Assembly (NCBI GenBank): GCA_001785965.1
Contig: MFVF01000030.1
Location: 1 to 51,148 of the forward strand
From: Candidatus Nomurabacteria bacterium RIFCSPLOWO2_01_FULL_42_20
GTDB lineage: Bacteria > Patescibacteriota > Minisyncoccia > Phycocordibacterales > CAZVEC01
DNA length: 51,148 bases
Direction of reading: 5' to 3'
Shown: one piece after another, positions 30,198 through 41,034 of the stretch
Numbering within the stretch: the stretch's first letter is position 1
Layout of the letters: each line of letters begins with the position of its first letter
Translations under genes and position numbers: made by a program
Notes under the pieces: generated by a model
The model's input: only the letters and a program-made list of their open reading frames with translations
The model's database searches: none
What the model was told of the DNA's origin: nothing

Positions 30198-33100
30198 ATG
30201 AGTATTTCTAAAACATCTTCAATTGCCGATATTTTAAAGAAAAAAACATCTCTTTCTTCTAATCCCGATATTGCCCTTAAATATTTAAAGAAATTTAAAT
30301 TAAAAGCCCGCAATGTCAGAGCGCTCTATGGCGAGCTGATGGCGCTTTGTTCGGGCCTTCGGCATATCACTCATGAGATTGAATCAATTATTGACAACTT
30401 TTTCGCGGTAGAAGCCGCTATTTTTGAAATAGAAAATCATATTAAAAAAAGCGATTTCAAAAATCTTCCGCTTATTGCCGCCGAAAAAAATAAATATGCC
30501 CCTCGCTTGCACTTCATCCTTTCCGGGCTTCTTAAAGAAAATAGTCAGATTATTGATAGAGAAATATTAGAATCTTTTCTTGTCTCGTACCAAAAGCATA
30601 GCCCGCTTTCAATTAGAGAATTATATGCCATTCCTCTTTTACTCCAAGTCGTTCTTGTTGAACATTTTGGAAAACTTATAGAGCAATCCATAAAATTCCT
30701 TAGAGAATACCGCGAGGCTGATATTACATATCAAAACATAAAAGATCAGGTCAATAAAGCATCATTCAGCGAATTTTCAAAAATTACTTCCGATCTTGGA
30801 TCAAAATACCCGCTTATTCCGCTTTCTTTCGGACTTCATCTCTACCAGAAACTTTCCCAAGAAGGCTCTGTCATGAGGCCGGTTATCAAATGGATAAAGC
30901 TTAATTTAGACAAACAGGGGATTAATCTAAAAAATCTTGGAGAAATAGAAAGCAGATTAAAAAGCGAAGATTTCAATACAATATCGCATATTATCGAATC
31001 GCTTCATTGGATAGCTCAAACTCGCTGGGATGATATTGTGCAGGAAATAAATGTTGTTGATACCATACTTTCAAGAGATCCGGCTGGAATATATTCAAAA
31101 ATGGATATTGAAAGCGCCATGGAGTACCGAAAAGCGATTGTGCGCATTGCTGAAAGAGCGGCTATTCATGAAGCGGAAGTTGCAAAAATTGCCGTAAGAT
31201 TGGCCTCCTCTAATGATGCATCTTTAAGCATGGCTAAAAAGCATGTGGGGTATTATCTTGTGGATAAAGGGATAATTGAACTTGAAAAGAAGATCGGGTA
31301 CCGGCTTTCTTGGAAAGACGTCTTGTATCGCTTTATTGTAAAAAACAATCAGGAATTTTATTTTTCTTCAGCTTTTGGTATTAATATTGTTCTAACTCTC
31401 GGCTTGGGCTTTATTTTTTGGAATTACAATGCTTCACTTTTATCCGCTTCTCTGTTTATGGTTGTTGTTTTTTTATTGAACACTGAAATTACGCTTAATA
31501 TTTTGAATGTTATTATTACTCGTTTCTTGCCGGTAAGAAAGCTTCCGAAGCTTGATCTTTTAAGTGTCGTAAGCGAAAAGCAAAGAACTTTTGTCGTTGT
31601 TCCTTCAATGTTCCACGGTGTTGAAACCGTGCATAATCTTATAAGAAAGCTTGAGGTTTGTTATCTAGGCAATCCTCAGGAAAATATTTTATACGCGCTT
31701 CTGCTTGACTTTAAAGATGCGTCAAGCGAGACGATGCCTGAAGATGACGCCCTTATAAAAGCAACTCAGGAAGGAGTAGATAATCTAAACGCCCGCTATT
31801 CCCAAAATGGCCAAAAATTTTTTATCTTGTACCGAAAACGCATCTGGAATGAAAAAGAGGGCGCTTATATGGGCTGGGAGAGAAAAAGAGGAAAGCTTCG
31901 CGAATTTAATATGCTTCTTAGGGGAGCGCGGGAGACATCATACATGAATGGTGATGTTCTTAGAAATATTGGCCATATTTCTTATGTAATTACTCTAGAT
32001 GAAGACACAGAATTGCCAAAAGACGCCGCCTCTGGGCTTATCGGAACCATTGACCACCCTCTTAATAGGCCCGTGCTTTCTTTATCCGGAGACAGAGTTG
32101 AAAGAGGTTATGGAATTATACAGCCGAGGATAGGCATACGGTTGGCGCTAGCTTCAAAATCAATTTTTTCAAGGCTTTTTTCATCTGTTTCCGGTATTGA
32201 TTCATATTCCAGCGCCGTATCGGATGTCTATTATGATCTTTTTGATAACAGTCTTTTTTTTGGAAAAGGAATATATGATATTGATGCCGTAGAAAAAGTG
32301 ATGGATGGAAAAATTCCAGATAATCTTATTTTATCGCATGATTTGCTCGAGGGACTCTACACTAGAGTAGGTTTTGCCAGCACTATTGTTTTATTTGACG
32401 GTTTTCCAAATTTTTACCACGAATTTATGATTCGCCTGGATCGATGGATCAGGGGCGATTGGCAGATTATTGGCTGGATAAAAAGAAAATATCATCCGAA
32501 GGGAGCCAGAGAGCCAACTCTTCATTTTTCTTTCATTGACAGATGGAAAATTATTGACAACCTGCGCAGAAGCCTCATACCGGTATTTTCAATAATGATC
32601 ATAGCTTATGGAATATTTTCCGCTATGCCGCTAGGGCAGATAAGCATATACGCGGTTTTTGTTTTCGGCGCTCCTTTTTTAGCCGCTCTAGCCAGCGATC
32701 TTTTCTCACTTAAAAAGGTGCCTTTTTCTGTAAGATTTTATGATACATTAAGGCAAATAAAATTGACATTTCTGCATATAATTTTGCGCGCCGCCATCAT
32801 TCTGCACCAGGCAATTGTTTCAATCACGGCGATTTTCAGGGCTATCATTAATTTGATAATAAAGAAAAATCTTCTTAGATGGCATAGTTTCTCCGATGTT
32901 AGCAAAAAATTGAGCGGAAAATTGCTTGGGTATTATCAAACAATGTGGACAACGCAATTTGTATCAATTTTTTTAGCCATCTTAGCCTATTTTTTCGCTC
33001 CGATCAATAATTTTTTGTATTTTTGGCTGATTTTTTGGTTATTGTCTCCCTTAGTCGGGTATTTTATCAGCTTGCCTCGGAATAAAAAGAAAATTCTTAA

Positions 33101-36100
33101 TCCTAAGGATACAAGAATGCTGCGATCCATTGCTTATAGGACATCACATTTTTTTACTGATTTTTCACATAAAGAAAACAATTGGCTGGCCCAAGATAAT
33201 TATCAGGAATATCCTAAAATTATAGGGATTTCACATCCTGCAACTTCTCCAACAAATATAGGAATGCTTTTTACCTCGCTTTTTTCTTCGTATGAATTCG
33301 GATTTATACCTCTTGATCATTATATAGATAAAACCCGCAGGGCTTTCGCGAGCGTTTCAAAACTTGATCGTTTTAAGGGCCATCTTTATAATTGGTATGA
33401 TATTACAAAATTGCAGTCCCTTCACCCGAAATACGTATCAAGCATAGATAGCGCAAATTTTGTCGTGGCTCTCATTACTGTGCGCCAAGGACTCAAATCC
33501 ATTGCCCAAAAACCTCTTGTGAGTAGCAGTGTGATTCGGGGGGTAGAAGATGCGCTTTATGTCTTAGATGAAGAGGTTGAACGCGTGATGAATAGAAATT
33601 CGTTTTCCAAAATTTCCCGAAAAATATTGCGGGCAATACGCCTCAAAGTCAAAGTGGTTTATAAAATGGTCAATACTTTCAATGAGCCTGAAACAATTTC
33701 TGAAGCGTATTTGTTTCTTTCCAAGGTTTACGAACATATAGGCCGCATAGAAAAGTCTATTACCAGCCTTAAAGCGCATACCCATTCAAGCGAACTTAGC
33801 TTTCTGTTTGCATATGGCGAAAGATTGATGAATCTTGTTGAAACTCATCTTAGGTTTATAAGATATATTTTCCCTCACTCCACGCCACTGGATACGGCAA
33901 TACGCTCATATGTTTTCAGGGATATTTATTTGTTTGCGGTGTACAAAGATTTTATAAAGTGTATTCAAAAAATCCCAACTTTTTATGAACTTGCTACTTC
34001 ATATTTAGATCAGGCAGAATCTTTGAATTTCAGAAAAGCAATTATATCTTCACATCTGGCCCCCGATACAAAAAAATATATTTTGTCGTGGTATGACATT
34101 ACAGTAGCTGATATACGTCGCGCCCAATCACGGGCTAGAGAATTTCTTTCTGATATTGAATATTGTGAAAATGAATGCGCTAGATTTATTGATGAGCCGG
34201 ATTTTACGTTCTTTTACAATAAAGAGCGGGGACTTTTTCATATAGGATACAATGCGGCTTTTGGGAAAATTGACAGTGCTACGTATAATTTCTTAGCTTC
34301 AGAATCAAATTCTATTTCATTTGTTTCAATACTCAAAAATCAAATTTCTTCAAAAAACTGGTTTTATTTGGGACGCAAGTTTATACGATCAGGCCAAGGA
34401 ATTGCCCTGGTATCATGGGGCGGTTCGCTTTTTGAATATTTGACTCCTCTTCTTTTCTTCAAAACCCACCCGGAAAGTCTGCTGGGAAAAACAGCTTTGA
34501 CGGCTATCCGCACTCACCAAAGCGATGCTCGAAGAGAGGGCACGCCCTGGGGCATGGGCGAATCCGCCTATTATGCTTTTGACTCCGTGAAGCATTATCA
34601 GTATCAAGTTTTTGGAAGCGCCAAACTTGGTCTGAAGCGCGGCCTTTCTGATCATCATGTAATTGCTCCTTACACCAGTATTTTGGCGCTTTCTGTTGCC
34701 CTGCGCAAAGCAGTCGACAATATTAAAAATTTAATTTCTTTGGGCGCGAAAGGGAATTATGGCTTGTATGATGCCATTGATTATATGGATGAAAGGCGAG
34801 TAAGAATTTCCGAACCCCTGCCAATAAAGATATATTATGCCCACCATCAAGGTTTTGTTATGCTTGGCCTCCACAATATTCTCCTCAAAAATACGATTCA
34901 GGAATATTTTCACAATGATCCCCGAGTTGAAGCGCTCGAAATTCTTCTTGAAGAAAAAATGCCGACAAGCATAGACGCGCGGTTCTTGTCAAAGCCAGTA
35001 AGAATGTCTCTGGCGGTCGCTTCTACAAGCAGAGATACCGGCTTTGAAAGTAAAAGATATATTCCCGCCAAGATCCGCATTCCTCGATATGCTCTTATAT
35101 CAAATGGTTCTTATTCCATAGGAATCAGTAATTCCGGCGCCGGATGGTCTAATTATAAAGGTGTTTCCTTAACCCGGTCGAGACACGACGGTATCATAGA
35201 AGAATATGGCTCATATATTTTCGTTAAGGATGAAAAGACCGGCATGGTCTGGTCTCCAACAATTCATCCGCTCTCGCGAGAGGCCCAAAAGCAAAAAATT
35301 ATTTTTTTTGAGAATAAAGCCGAATTTTTTTCCTCCATGGGCAATATTGCTTCCCGGCTGGAAGTAACAGTCGATCCGCAAAATCCTGTCGAGGTGAGGC
35401 AGTTGACCATGACAAATAATGGAAGTGAAAGAGTTAAGCTCCAAGTAGCGAGTTACGGGGAAGTGTCGCTTGCTCTCAATCTGCAGGATGTCCAGCATCC
35501 AAAATATCATAAGCTTTTGGTGGCATCAGAATTTCTAGAGGAATACGATACTCTTATATATTCGCGCCCTCATCCGGAAGATAGATTGAAAAAAATTTAT
35601 TTTTCCCACACCCTTGTTCAGGGGGTGTTTGAAAAAGCGCCAATATTTCCCTGTGTGGAAAGAGAAAAGTTTATTGGCCAGTATGGGTCATTATCAGAGC
35701 CTATCATTTTTAACTCGAATATAACTGATTCAGGCGTGAAAGAATATTCCCTTGACCCCATATTTTCCTTGCGCCACACTATCGATCTTAAAGCCGGGGA
35801 ATCAGTTCATTTTTCTTTTGTAAATTGCGCGAGTGAGAGCAGGGAAGAACTCATAAGGCTGATTAAGCAATATAAAAAACCAAGGATGCTGGCGAATCTT
35901 TTTGCTCGCGCGGAAAAGGAAAGCGCTATGACGACTAAAAAATTAAACATCACTCAGGAAATGGCCGTCGTTTATCAGGAACTTGCGAGCGTGGTGCTGG
36001 GCGGAAAGATGCAAACTACAGTGTCTCATGCGCCTGAAACGCGCCTTCCTTACATTCATTTTTTATGGCACCATGGAATTTCCGGAAATAATCCTCTTGT

Positions 36101-38927
36101 AATGATAGCCATAAAAGACACTGAAGATCTTCAAATGATCCAATATGCCTTGTCATGCCATGCTTATTGGAAACACAAGGGCTTGAATATTGATATTGTT
36201 ATTTTTAATCAAGAACCCGCGAGTTATATAAAGTTTTTAGATGATGAAATAGACTTTCTTATCCGCCAAAAACGCATAGCGGAGGCCGATGGCAAGAAAA
36301 GTGCCGTATATCATGTTAAGTCCGATTTGATGACAAACGAAGAAAGAAAGGCGCTTCTCTTTGCCGCTAAAGTCATAATCGACAGTAAGACCGGCAGTTT
36401 TAAAAAGCAGGTTTCAAACTTCCTCTTTTCAAAAAATTTAAAATTTCCGGAAAAACTTTCAGCCCTTGCTCGTCATTCTAAAATTTCACCAAAAACAGCA
36501 TTAAGGGGGGCGCTGCCAAAAAATTTGCTTTTTACCAATAGTTTTGGCGGATTTGATGAGATAAATTCAGAATACGCAATGCATATTTCCAGCAATAATA
36601 TGCCGCCGGCTCCATGGACAAATATTATTTCAAATGAAAATTTTGGAACTATTATTACTGAGGCCGGTTCAGCGAATACATGGGCCGTCGATAGTTATGA
36701 TAATCGCATTACTTCATGGCAGAATGATTCTCTCGTATTCAAAAGTCCTGAAATTGTTTATATTCGCGATAAGGAAACGGGCGAAATATGGAATCCGACT
36801 CCGTTTCCGGTGCCTACGGACGAACCATTTATTGTCCGCCATGGAAAAGGCTACACCATATTTGAACATAATCATTCTGGCATTGAACACTCATTTGAGA
36901 TTTTTGTGCCCCGATCTGAAAAAATAAAGATATCTCGTCTTAAAATTAAAAATAAAACAAAGATAAAAAGAAATCTATCCGTCACTTCGTATTTGGAAAC
37001 GGTAATGGGTATTAGTATTGACCCTAGTAATAGTCGGGATTTTTTGCAGTTTTCAAAAAACCGTGCTACCGGCGCTCTCTTGATTAGAAACATGTTTAGA
37101 AATAATTTTCACAATAGCATTGCTTTTGCAGATATAAATGGCGGCTCATATAAGGTTTCCACCAATAGGGAGGAATTTTTGGGCCGTTATGGCTCTTATA
37201 GTTCCCCTGAAGCTCTTAGTCGAGTTTCTCTTTCAGATGAGATTACCCATGGCTCCGAAGGGTGCGCGGTATTAGAGAGTGTTATCAAACTCGATCCGGA
37301 TGAGGAAAAAGAAATCATTATCATTCTTGGCGAAACCGAAAGCGAATCAGAAGTTGAGCGAATGATTATCAAGTATCGTTCAATAAAGAATGTTAAAGCA
37401 GAGCGAGAAAAAATTCGTTCATTTTGGTCATCCGTTTCATCAAAAATTCAGATTGAATCTCCCGACAAAAAGCTTGATATTATGTTTAATCAAAATCTTT
37501 TATATCAAGTGCTGTCGTCTCGCTTGATGGCAAAAACCGGATTTGACCAGCCGGGCGGCGCCTATGGTTTCAGAGACCAGCTTCAAGATATTATTTCTTT
37601 GGTTTGGTCGAATCCAGGGCGTGTCCGATCATTTATTCTGAAAGCCGCGATGCATCAATTTAAAGAAGGAGACGCGATGAATTGGTGGCACGACCATAAT
37701 AATTTTGGAATTCGAAACGTGCTTTCCGACCATCAGTTATGGCTTGTATATGCGATTACTGAATATATTTCTATCACAGGAGACAAAGATATTCTTGATG
37801 AATTAATCCCATATCTTGAAGGACACGATGTTAATTTCACTTATCAAAGGGAATGGGCGGGCATCCCGGATCTTTCTAATGAAAAAGACACTCTGTATGA
37901 GCACTCTATCAGAGCGCTTGAAAAAAGCCTGGTTTTTGGAAAACACAATCTGCCTCTTATAGGAATGAGTGACTGGAATGACGGTCTTTCAAGAGTGGGG
38001 ATTTTGGGCAAAGGTGAAAGTGTTTGGTTAGGGTGGTTTCTTATTTATCTTCTGGAAAAAATTATTCCTTACGTGGAAGAAAGAAATGACACTCTGCGTC
38101 TTTCTCGCTACAAGCTCGCAATAGACAATCTTGTGAAAGCCCTTGATAAAAACGCCTGGGATGGGAGGTGGTATAAAAGAGCTTTCCTCGACAATGGTGT
38201 CGCTCTTGGCTCGCACAAACTGAAGGAATTTAAAATAGATTCTCTTTCGCAATCTTGGTCAGTCTTATCAAAAAAAGGCAATCCCGAAAAAGTTTCAAAA
38301 GCTATTCATTCAGGGCTCTCGTATCTGTATAATGGAAAAAGCATGAAGATTATCGCGCCGCCGCTCAAAATGTCTTTATTTGATCCGGGTTATATAAAAG
38401 ATTATCCGCCCGGTGTTCGCGAAAACGGCTCGCAGTATAATCACGCGGCGCTTTTTATGGCTCAAGCCCTTTTTATTCTGGGCGAATCAGATACCGCGAA
38501 AAAGATTATTGATTTAGTAAATCCGATTACCCACTCTGATTCCCATAAAAAAGCTTTAGTCTATCGTGCCCAACCAAATGTCGTCGCTTCAGATATTTAT
38601 ACCAATCCTTCATTTGAAGGCAGGGGCGGATGGACTTGGTATACGGGTTCCGCGGCTACAATGTATAAAACTATTATTCAGTTTATGTTTGGTTTTAATA
38701 AAAAAGGGGATTCTCTTTCTTTCAGCCCTTCTTTACCTTCAGACTGGACTTCGTGCGCCATCACATATCATTATGGAAATTCTTTGTATCATATAAATAT
38801 TGAAAAGCCGGCCGGCATCCACAATACTGTTATGGAAGTGTATGAAAATAACGTAAAAATAAAAGATAAAACAATCAAGCTCGTTGATGACAGTCAAGAA
38901 CATTTTATTAAAGTTGTTCTATCCTAG
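30198..38927 (+). CDS. cgs: Cyclic beta-1,2-glucan synthase-like giant protein (GT84 domain, TM segments, GH94 phosphorylase-like C-terminus)
   Basis: 2909-aa uninterrupted ORF. GT-region motifs ITLDEDTELPKDA, ILSHDLLEG and RWIRGDWQ, flanked by multiple TM helices. C-terminal GH94-like motifs FRDQLQD, GMSDWNDGL and ENGSQYNHAA. Confidence 0.8.
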   Translation: MSISKTSSIADILKKKTSLSSNPDIALKYLKKFKLKARNVRALYGELMALCSGLRHITHEIESIIDNFFAVEAAIFEIENHIKKSDFKNLPLIAAEKNKYAPRLHFILSGLLKENSQIIDREILESFLVSYQKHSPLSIRELYAIPLLLQVVLVEHFGKLIEQSIKFLREYREADITYQNIKDQVNKASFSEFSKITSDLGSKYPLIPLSFGLHLYQKLSQEGSVMRPVIKWIKLNLDKQGINLKNLGEIESRLKSEDFNTISHIIESLHWIAQTRWDDIVQEINVVDTILSRDPAGIYSKMDIESAMEYRKAIVRIAERAAIHEAEVAKIAVRLASSNDASLSMAKKHVGYYLVDKGIIELEKKIGYRLSWKDVLYRFIVKNNQEFYFSSAFGINIVLTLGLGFIFWNYNASLLSASLFMVVVFLLNTEITLNILNVIITRFLPVRKLPKLDLLSVVSEKQRTFVVVPSMFHGVETVHNLIRKLEVCYLGNPQENILYALLLDFKDASSETMPEDDALIKATQEGVDNLNARYSQNGQKFFILYRKRIWNEKEGAYMGWERKRGKLREFNMLLRGARETSYMNGDVLRNIGHISYVITLDEDTELPKDAASGLIGTIDHPLNRPVLSLSGDRVERGYGIIQPRIGIRLALASKSIFSRLFSSVSGIDSYSSAVSDVYYDLFDNSLFFGKGIYDIDAVEKVMDGKIPDNLILSHDLLEGLYTRVGFASTIVLFDGFPNFYHEFMIRLDRWIRGDWQIIGWIKRKYHPKGAREPTLHFSFIDRWKIIDNLRRSLIPVFSIMIIAYGIFSAMPLGQISIYAVFVFGAPFLAALASDLFSLKKVPFSVRFYDTLRQIKLTFLHIILRAAIILHQAIVSITAIFRAIINLIIKKNLLRWHSFSDVSKKLSGKLLGYYQTMWTTQFVSIFLAILAYFFAPINNFLYFWLIFWLLSPLVGYFISLPRNKKKILNPKDTRMLRSIAYRTSHFFTDFSHKENNWLAQDNYQEYPKIIGISHPATSPTNIGMLFTSLFSSYEFGFIPLDHYIDKTRRAFASVSKLDRFKGHLYNWYDITKLQSLHPKYVSSIDSANFVVALITVRQGLKSIAQKPLVSSSVIRGVEDALYVLDEEVERVMNRNSFSKISRKILRAIRLKVKVVYKMVNTFNEPETISEAYLFLSKVYEHIGRIEKSITSLKAHTHSSELSFLFAYGERLMNLVETHLRFIRYIFPHSTPLDTAIRSYVFRDIYLFAVYKDFIKCIQKIPTFYELATSYLDQAESLNFRKAIISSHLAPDTKKYILSWYDITVADIRRAQSRAREFLSDIEYCENECARFIDEPDFTFFYNKERGLFHIGYNAAFGKIDSATYNFLASESNSISFVSILKNQISSKNWFYLGRKFIRSGQGIALVSWGGSLFEYLTPLLFFKTHPESLLGKTALTAIRTHQSDARREGTPWGMGESAYYAFDSVKHYQYQVFGSAKLGLKRGLSDHHVIAPYTSILALSVALRKAVDNIKNLISLGAKGNYGLYDAIDYMDERRVRISEPLPIKIYYAHHQGFVMLGLHNILLKNTIQEYFHNDPRVEALEILLEEKMPTSIDARFLSKPVRMSLAVASTSRDTGFESKRYIPAKIRIPRYALISNGSYSIGISNSGAGWSNYKGVSLTRSRHDGIIEEYGSYIFVKDEKTGMVWSPTIHPLSREAQKQKIIFFENKAEFFSSMGNIASRLEVTVDPQNPVEVRQLTMTNNGSERVKLQVASYGEVSLALNLQDVQHPKYHKLLVASEFLEEYDTLIYSRPHPEDRLKKIYFSHTLVQGVFEKAPIFPCVEREKFIGQYGSLSEPIIFNSNITDSGVKEYSLDPIFSLRHTIDLKAGESVHFSFVNCASESREELIRLIKQYKKPRMLANLFARAEKESAMTTKKLNITQEMAVVYQELASVVLGGKMQTTVSHAPETRLPYIHFLWHHGISGNNPLVMIAIKDTEDLQMIQYALSCHAYWKHKGLNIDIVIFNQEPASYIKFLDDEIDFLIRQKRIAEADGKKSAVYHVKSDLMTNEERKALLFAAKVIIDSKTGSFKKQVSNFLFSKNLKFPEKLSALARHSKISPKTALRGALPKNLLFTNSFGGFDEINSEYAMHISSNNMPPAPWTNIISNENFGTIITEAGSANTWAVDSYDNRITSWQNDSLVFKSPEIVYIRDKETGEIWNPTPFPVPTDEPFIVRHGKGYTIFEHNHSGIEHSFEIFVPRSEKIKISRLKIKNKTKIKRNLSVTSYLETVMGISIDPSNSRDFLQFSKNRATGALLIRNMFRNNFHNSIAFADINGGSYKVSTNREEFLGRYGSYSSPEALSRVSLSDEITHGSEGCAVLESVIKLDPDEEKEIIIILGETESESEVERMIIKYRSIKNVKAEREKIRSFWSSVSSKIQIESPDKKLDIMFNQNLLYQVLSSRLMAKTGFDQPGGAYGFRDQLQDIISLVWSNPGRVRSFILKAAMHQFKEGDAMNWWHDHNNFGIRNVLSDHQLWLVYAITEYISITGDKDILDELIPYLEGHDVNFTYQREWAGIPDLSNEKDTLYEHSIRALEKSLVFGKHNLPLIGMSDWNDGLSRVGILGKGESVWLGWFLIYLLEKIIPYVEERNDTLRLSRYKLAIDNLVKALDKNAWDGRWYKRAFLDNGVALGSHKLKEFKIDSLSQSWSVLSKKGNPEKVSKAIHSGLSYLYNGKSMKIIAPPLKMSLFDPGYIKDYPPGVRENGSQYNHAALFMAQALFILGESDTAKKIIDLVNPITHSDSHKKALVYRAQPNVVASDIYTNPSFEGRGGWTWYTGSAATMYKTIIQFMFGFNKKGDSLSFSPSLPSDWTSCAITYHYGNSLYHINIEKPAGIHNTVMEVYENNVKIKDKTIKLVDDSQEHFIKVVLS

Positions 38928-39009
38928 TTTATTATAGTCTCTTACGGTTCGGGTCCGATTCACAGCAGCCCGATAAAAAGATATAATAATTAGAGAGAAA
39001 CATGTATAG

Positions 39010-39822
39010 ATGAAAAACAAACCATTAAAAGATTTAAAACAGGAGTTTATTCGCCAAAATATTAAGGCCGTTACTTTTGATATTGACGGCGTGATTATCC
39101 CGGTTGGAACTTTCTTGCGCGAAAATATTGATGGAACGGAACTGACTATCAAAACGCATAAATTAAGCGCGAAAATGCTTGAAATGATTCTTGAGCTTAA
39201 AAAACATTTCTGGGTTAATTTTTCAAGCGGGCGATCGCTCTTGTATTTGCAAAGCATGCTTAATGACATTTTGTGGGACAGGGTATCATTAACCGCCGAG
39301 AATGGTAATTTTATTTTAATGAACGGCGAAGTCAGGCAATTGGCTAAATACGACCAAAATTATTTTCAAAAATTAACTAATATCAGGAATGATTTAAAAA
39401 AGCTAAAAGCAAAGAAGCCGGAGATGGTTTACGGCTTTGAGCCGAAGCATGTCATTCTCACCGTTCATACGGCAAGCCAAATGCCTGAAGTGAAAGAAAT
39501 TGTAAAAAAGCATGACAAGGAAAAAGAACTTTATTGCCTCTGGACGAGCGAAGGATATGACATTGGACACAAGAAAACAAACAAAAATACCGCTCTCCAA
39601 TATCTGGTTAAAAAATTAAAAATCAAACCAAAGCAGATGATTACAACCGGCAATAATCAAAACGACAAGGAAATGCTTGACTTTGGAATTGGCGTCAGTG
39701 TTGATCCGGCACAAGTAAGCGCGCCGTATGCCATCCAAAAGAAAGAAGGCGAGCTCGGCGGAGAAATCCTCGCTGAATATCTTCTCTCTGCAAAGAAGAA
39801 ATATAGAAAACATATGTACTAG
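39010..39822 (+). CDS. HAD-IIB (Cof-type) phosphatase
   Basis: FDIDGVI (motif I), FSSGRS (motif II), GNNQNDKEM (motif IV). Confidence 0.75.
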   Translation: MKNKPLKDLKQEFIRQNIKAVTFDIDGVIIPVGTFLRENIDGTELTIKTHKLSAKMLEMILELKKHFWVNFSSGRSLLYLQSMLNDILWDRVSLTAENGNFILMNGEVRQLAKYDQNYFQKLTNIRNDLKKLKAKKPEMVYGFEPKHVILTVHTASQMPEVKEIVKKHDKEKELYCLWTSEGYDIGHKKTNKNTALQYLVKKLKIKPKQMITTGNNQNDKEMLDFGIGVSVDPAQVSAPYAIQKKEGELGGEILAEYLLSAKKKYRKHMY

Positions 39823-39930
39823 AAGTGTTGCACTTACTTATTGAACTTGCGTTTTTTTGAATTGACATTTTTTATGGAATATGTTTATATATTTAGTAGA
39901 TGAACACAGAAAACCCTAAATTTTTTAGCC

Positions 39931-40989
39931 ATGAAAAACATAATATTGATCTTTGTATTCTTTACTTTGGGGTTTAATGCCAATGCACAAGAAGGTGATA
40001 CCTCGTGTGCTCCTGAAGTGCCGAGGTACAATTACTTCGGCAAGGGCAACACCAAAACTGACGGAAAACCCGGCAGGCTCGGCGGCTTTTATGAAGGAGC
40101 GGAAACAAGAATAAGCGACTATGAAAAGGGAAGATTGTCCGGGTATAAACAGGGCAATCTGACGCTTAAATTGGATTCGATTCTCTCGGTTGTCTTGGGG
40201 TATTACGGAATATCCTATAACGACGGCGCTAAAGAGCGCTTATCGGACAAGCTAAAATCTTTCAACCTCTCGGAAGATCAGCAAGAAGGCCTAACGCTTT
40301 TCATGGATTCTATCATTACGACACTCCTCGAATATCACGGGGTGCCGTATGAAAACGCCTCTTCGCTTGAAGATCGCTTAGCAGGTAAGCTAAAAGCTTA
40401 CCAGATCTACAAGTTCAATAAGGGAGTAGCTCTGACCAATAGGGGCCAGGGGTACGACCTTATTGTAGGACCTAAAACGAGAGAGGAACTGCTGAAGGAC
40501 AAAGACATTGTCTGCCGTGAAGAGATTGGAGAAAATGTTGCAAAAAGTAGCAGCGGTGACAATCTTGCCGAAGGTTGGGTTAAGATAACTCCCGAAAAGA
40601 AAGATAGCTTAATCAGAATCAGAAAAGACATCCGCTTCTTTTTTGTTCAATTTCTCTACGGATTCGGAGAGGTGCTGGATTCCCGCCGACTCGAATACAC
40701 CGAGGGCGCTATTGGATTTCGAATAGCGCATAATCTGTATCTTGGAGGAAGCGTGATGTACGAAAACGTACACTCGCGCGGAAAAGAAATAAGGTACGGA
40801 GCGATGCTGGTCTATGATTTTAGAGGTCGCAACACTCTTCCGATCACCTTCGGATACCAAATTAGCTTCGGGGAAATTGTTTACCACTCTGTTGTTGCCT
40901 CGGCTGAAATAGTGAGGCACATCGGCATAGTGGGTAAATACAACTTTAACAATCCCTCCATGGGCATCGGAGTCAGGATAACCCTATAG
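39931..40989 (+). CDS. Secreted protein, hypothetical
   Basis: Signal-peptide-like N-terminus MKNIILIFVFFTLGFNANAQ. The C-terminal 110 aa or so alternate hydrophobic and polar residues. Confidence 0.6.
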   Translation: MKNIILIFVFFTLGFNANAQEGDTSCAPEVPRYNYFGKGNTKTDGKPGRLGGFYEGAETRISDYEKGRLSGYKQGNLTLKLDSILSVVLGYYGISYNDGAKERLSDKLKSFNLSEDQQEGLTLFMDSIITTLLEYHGVPYENASSLEDRLAGKLKAYQIYKFNKGVALTNRGQGYDLIVGPKTREELLKDKDIVCREEIGENVAKSSSGDNLAEGWVKITPEKKDSLIRIRKDIRFFFVQFLYGFGEVLDSRRLEYTEGAIGFRIAHNLYLGGSVMYENVHSRGKEIRYGAMLVYDFRGRNTLPITFGYQISFGEIVYHSVVASAEIVRHIGIVGKYNFNNPSMGIGVRITL

Positions 40990-41034
40990 CCATCGACACA
41001 TTTGTTTGATGGCTTTTTTTATATCCGTGCGATT

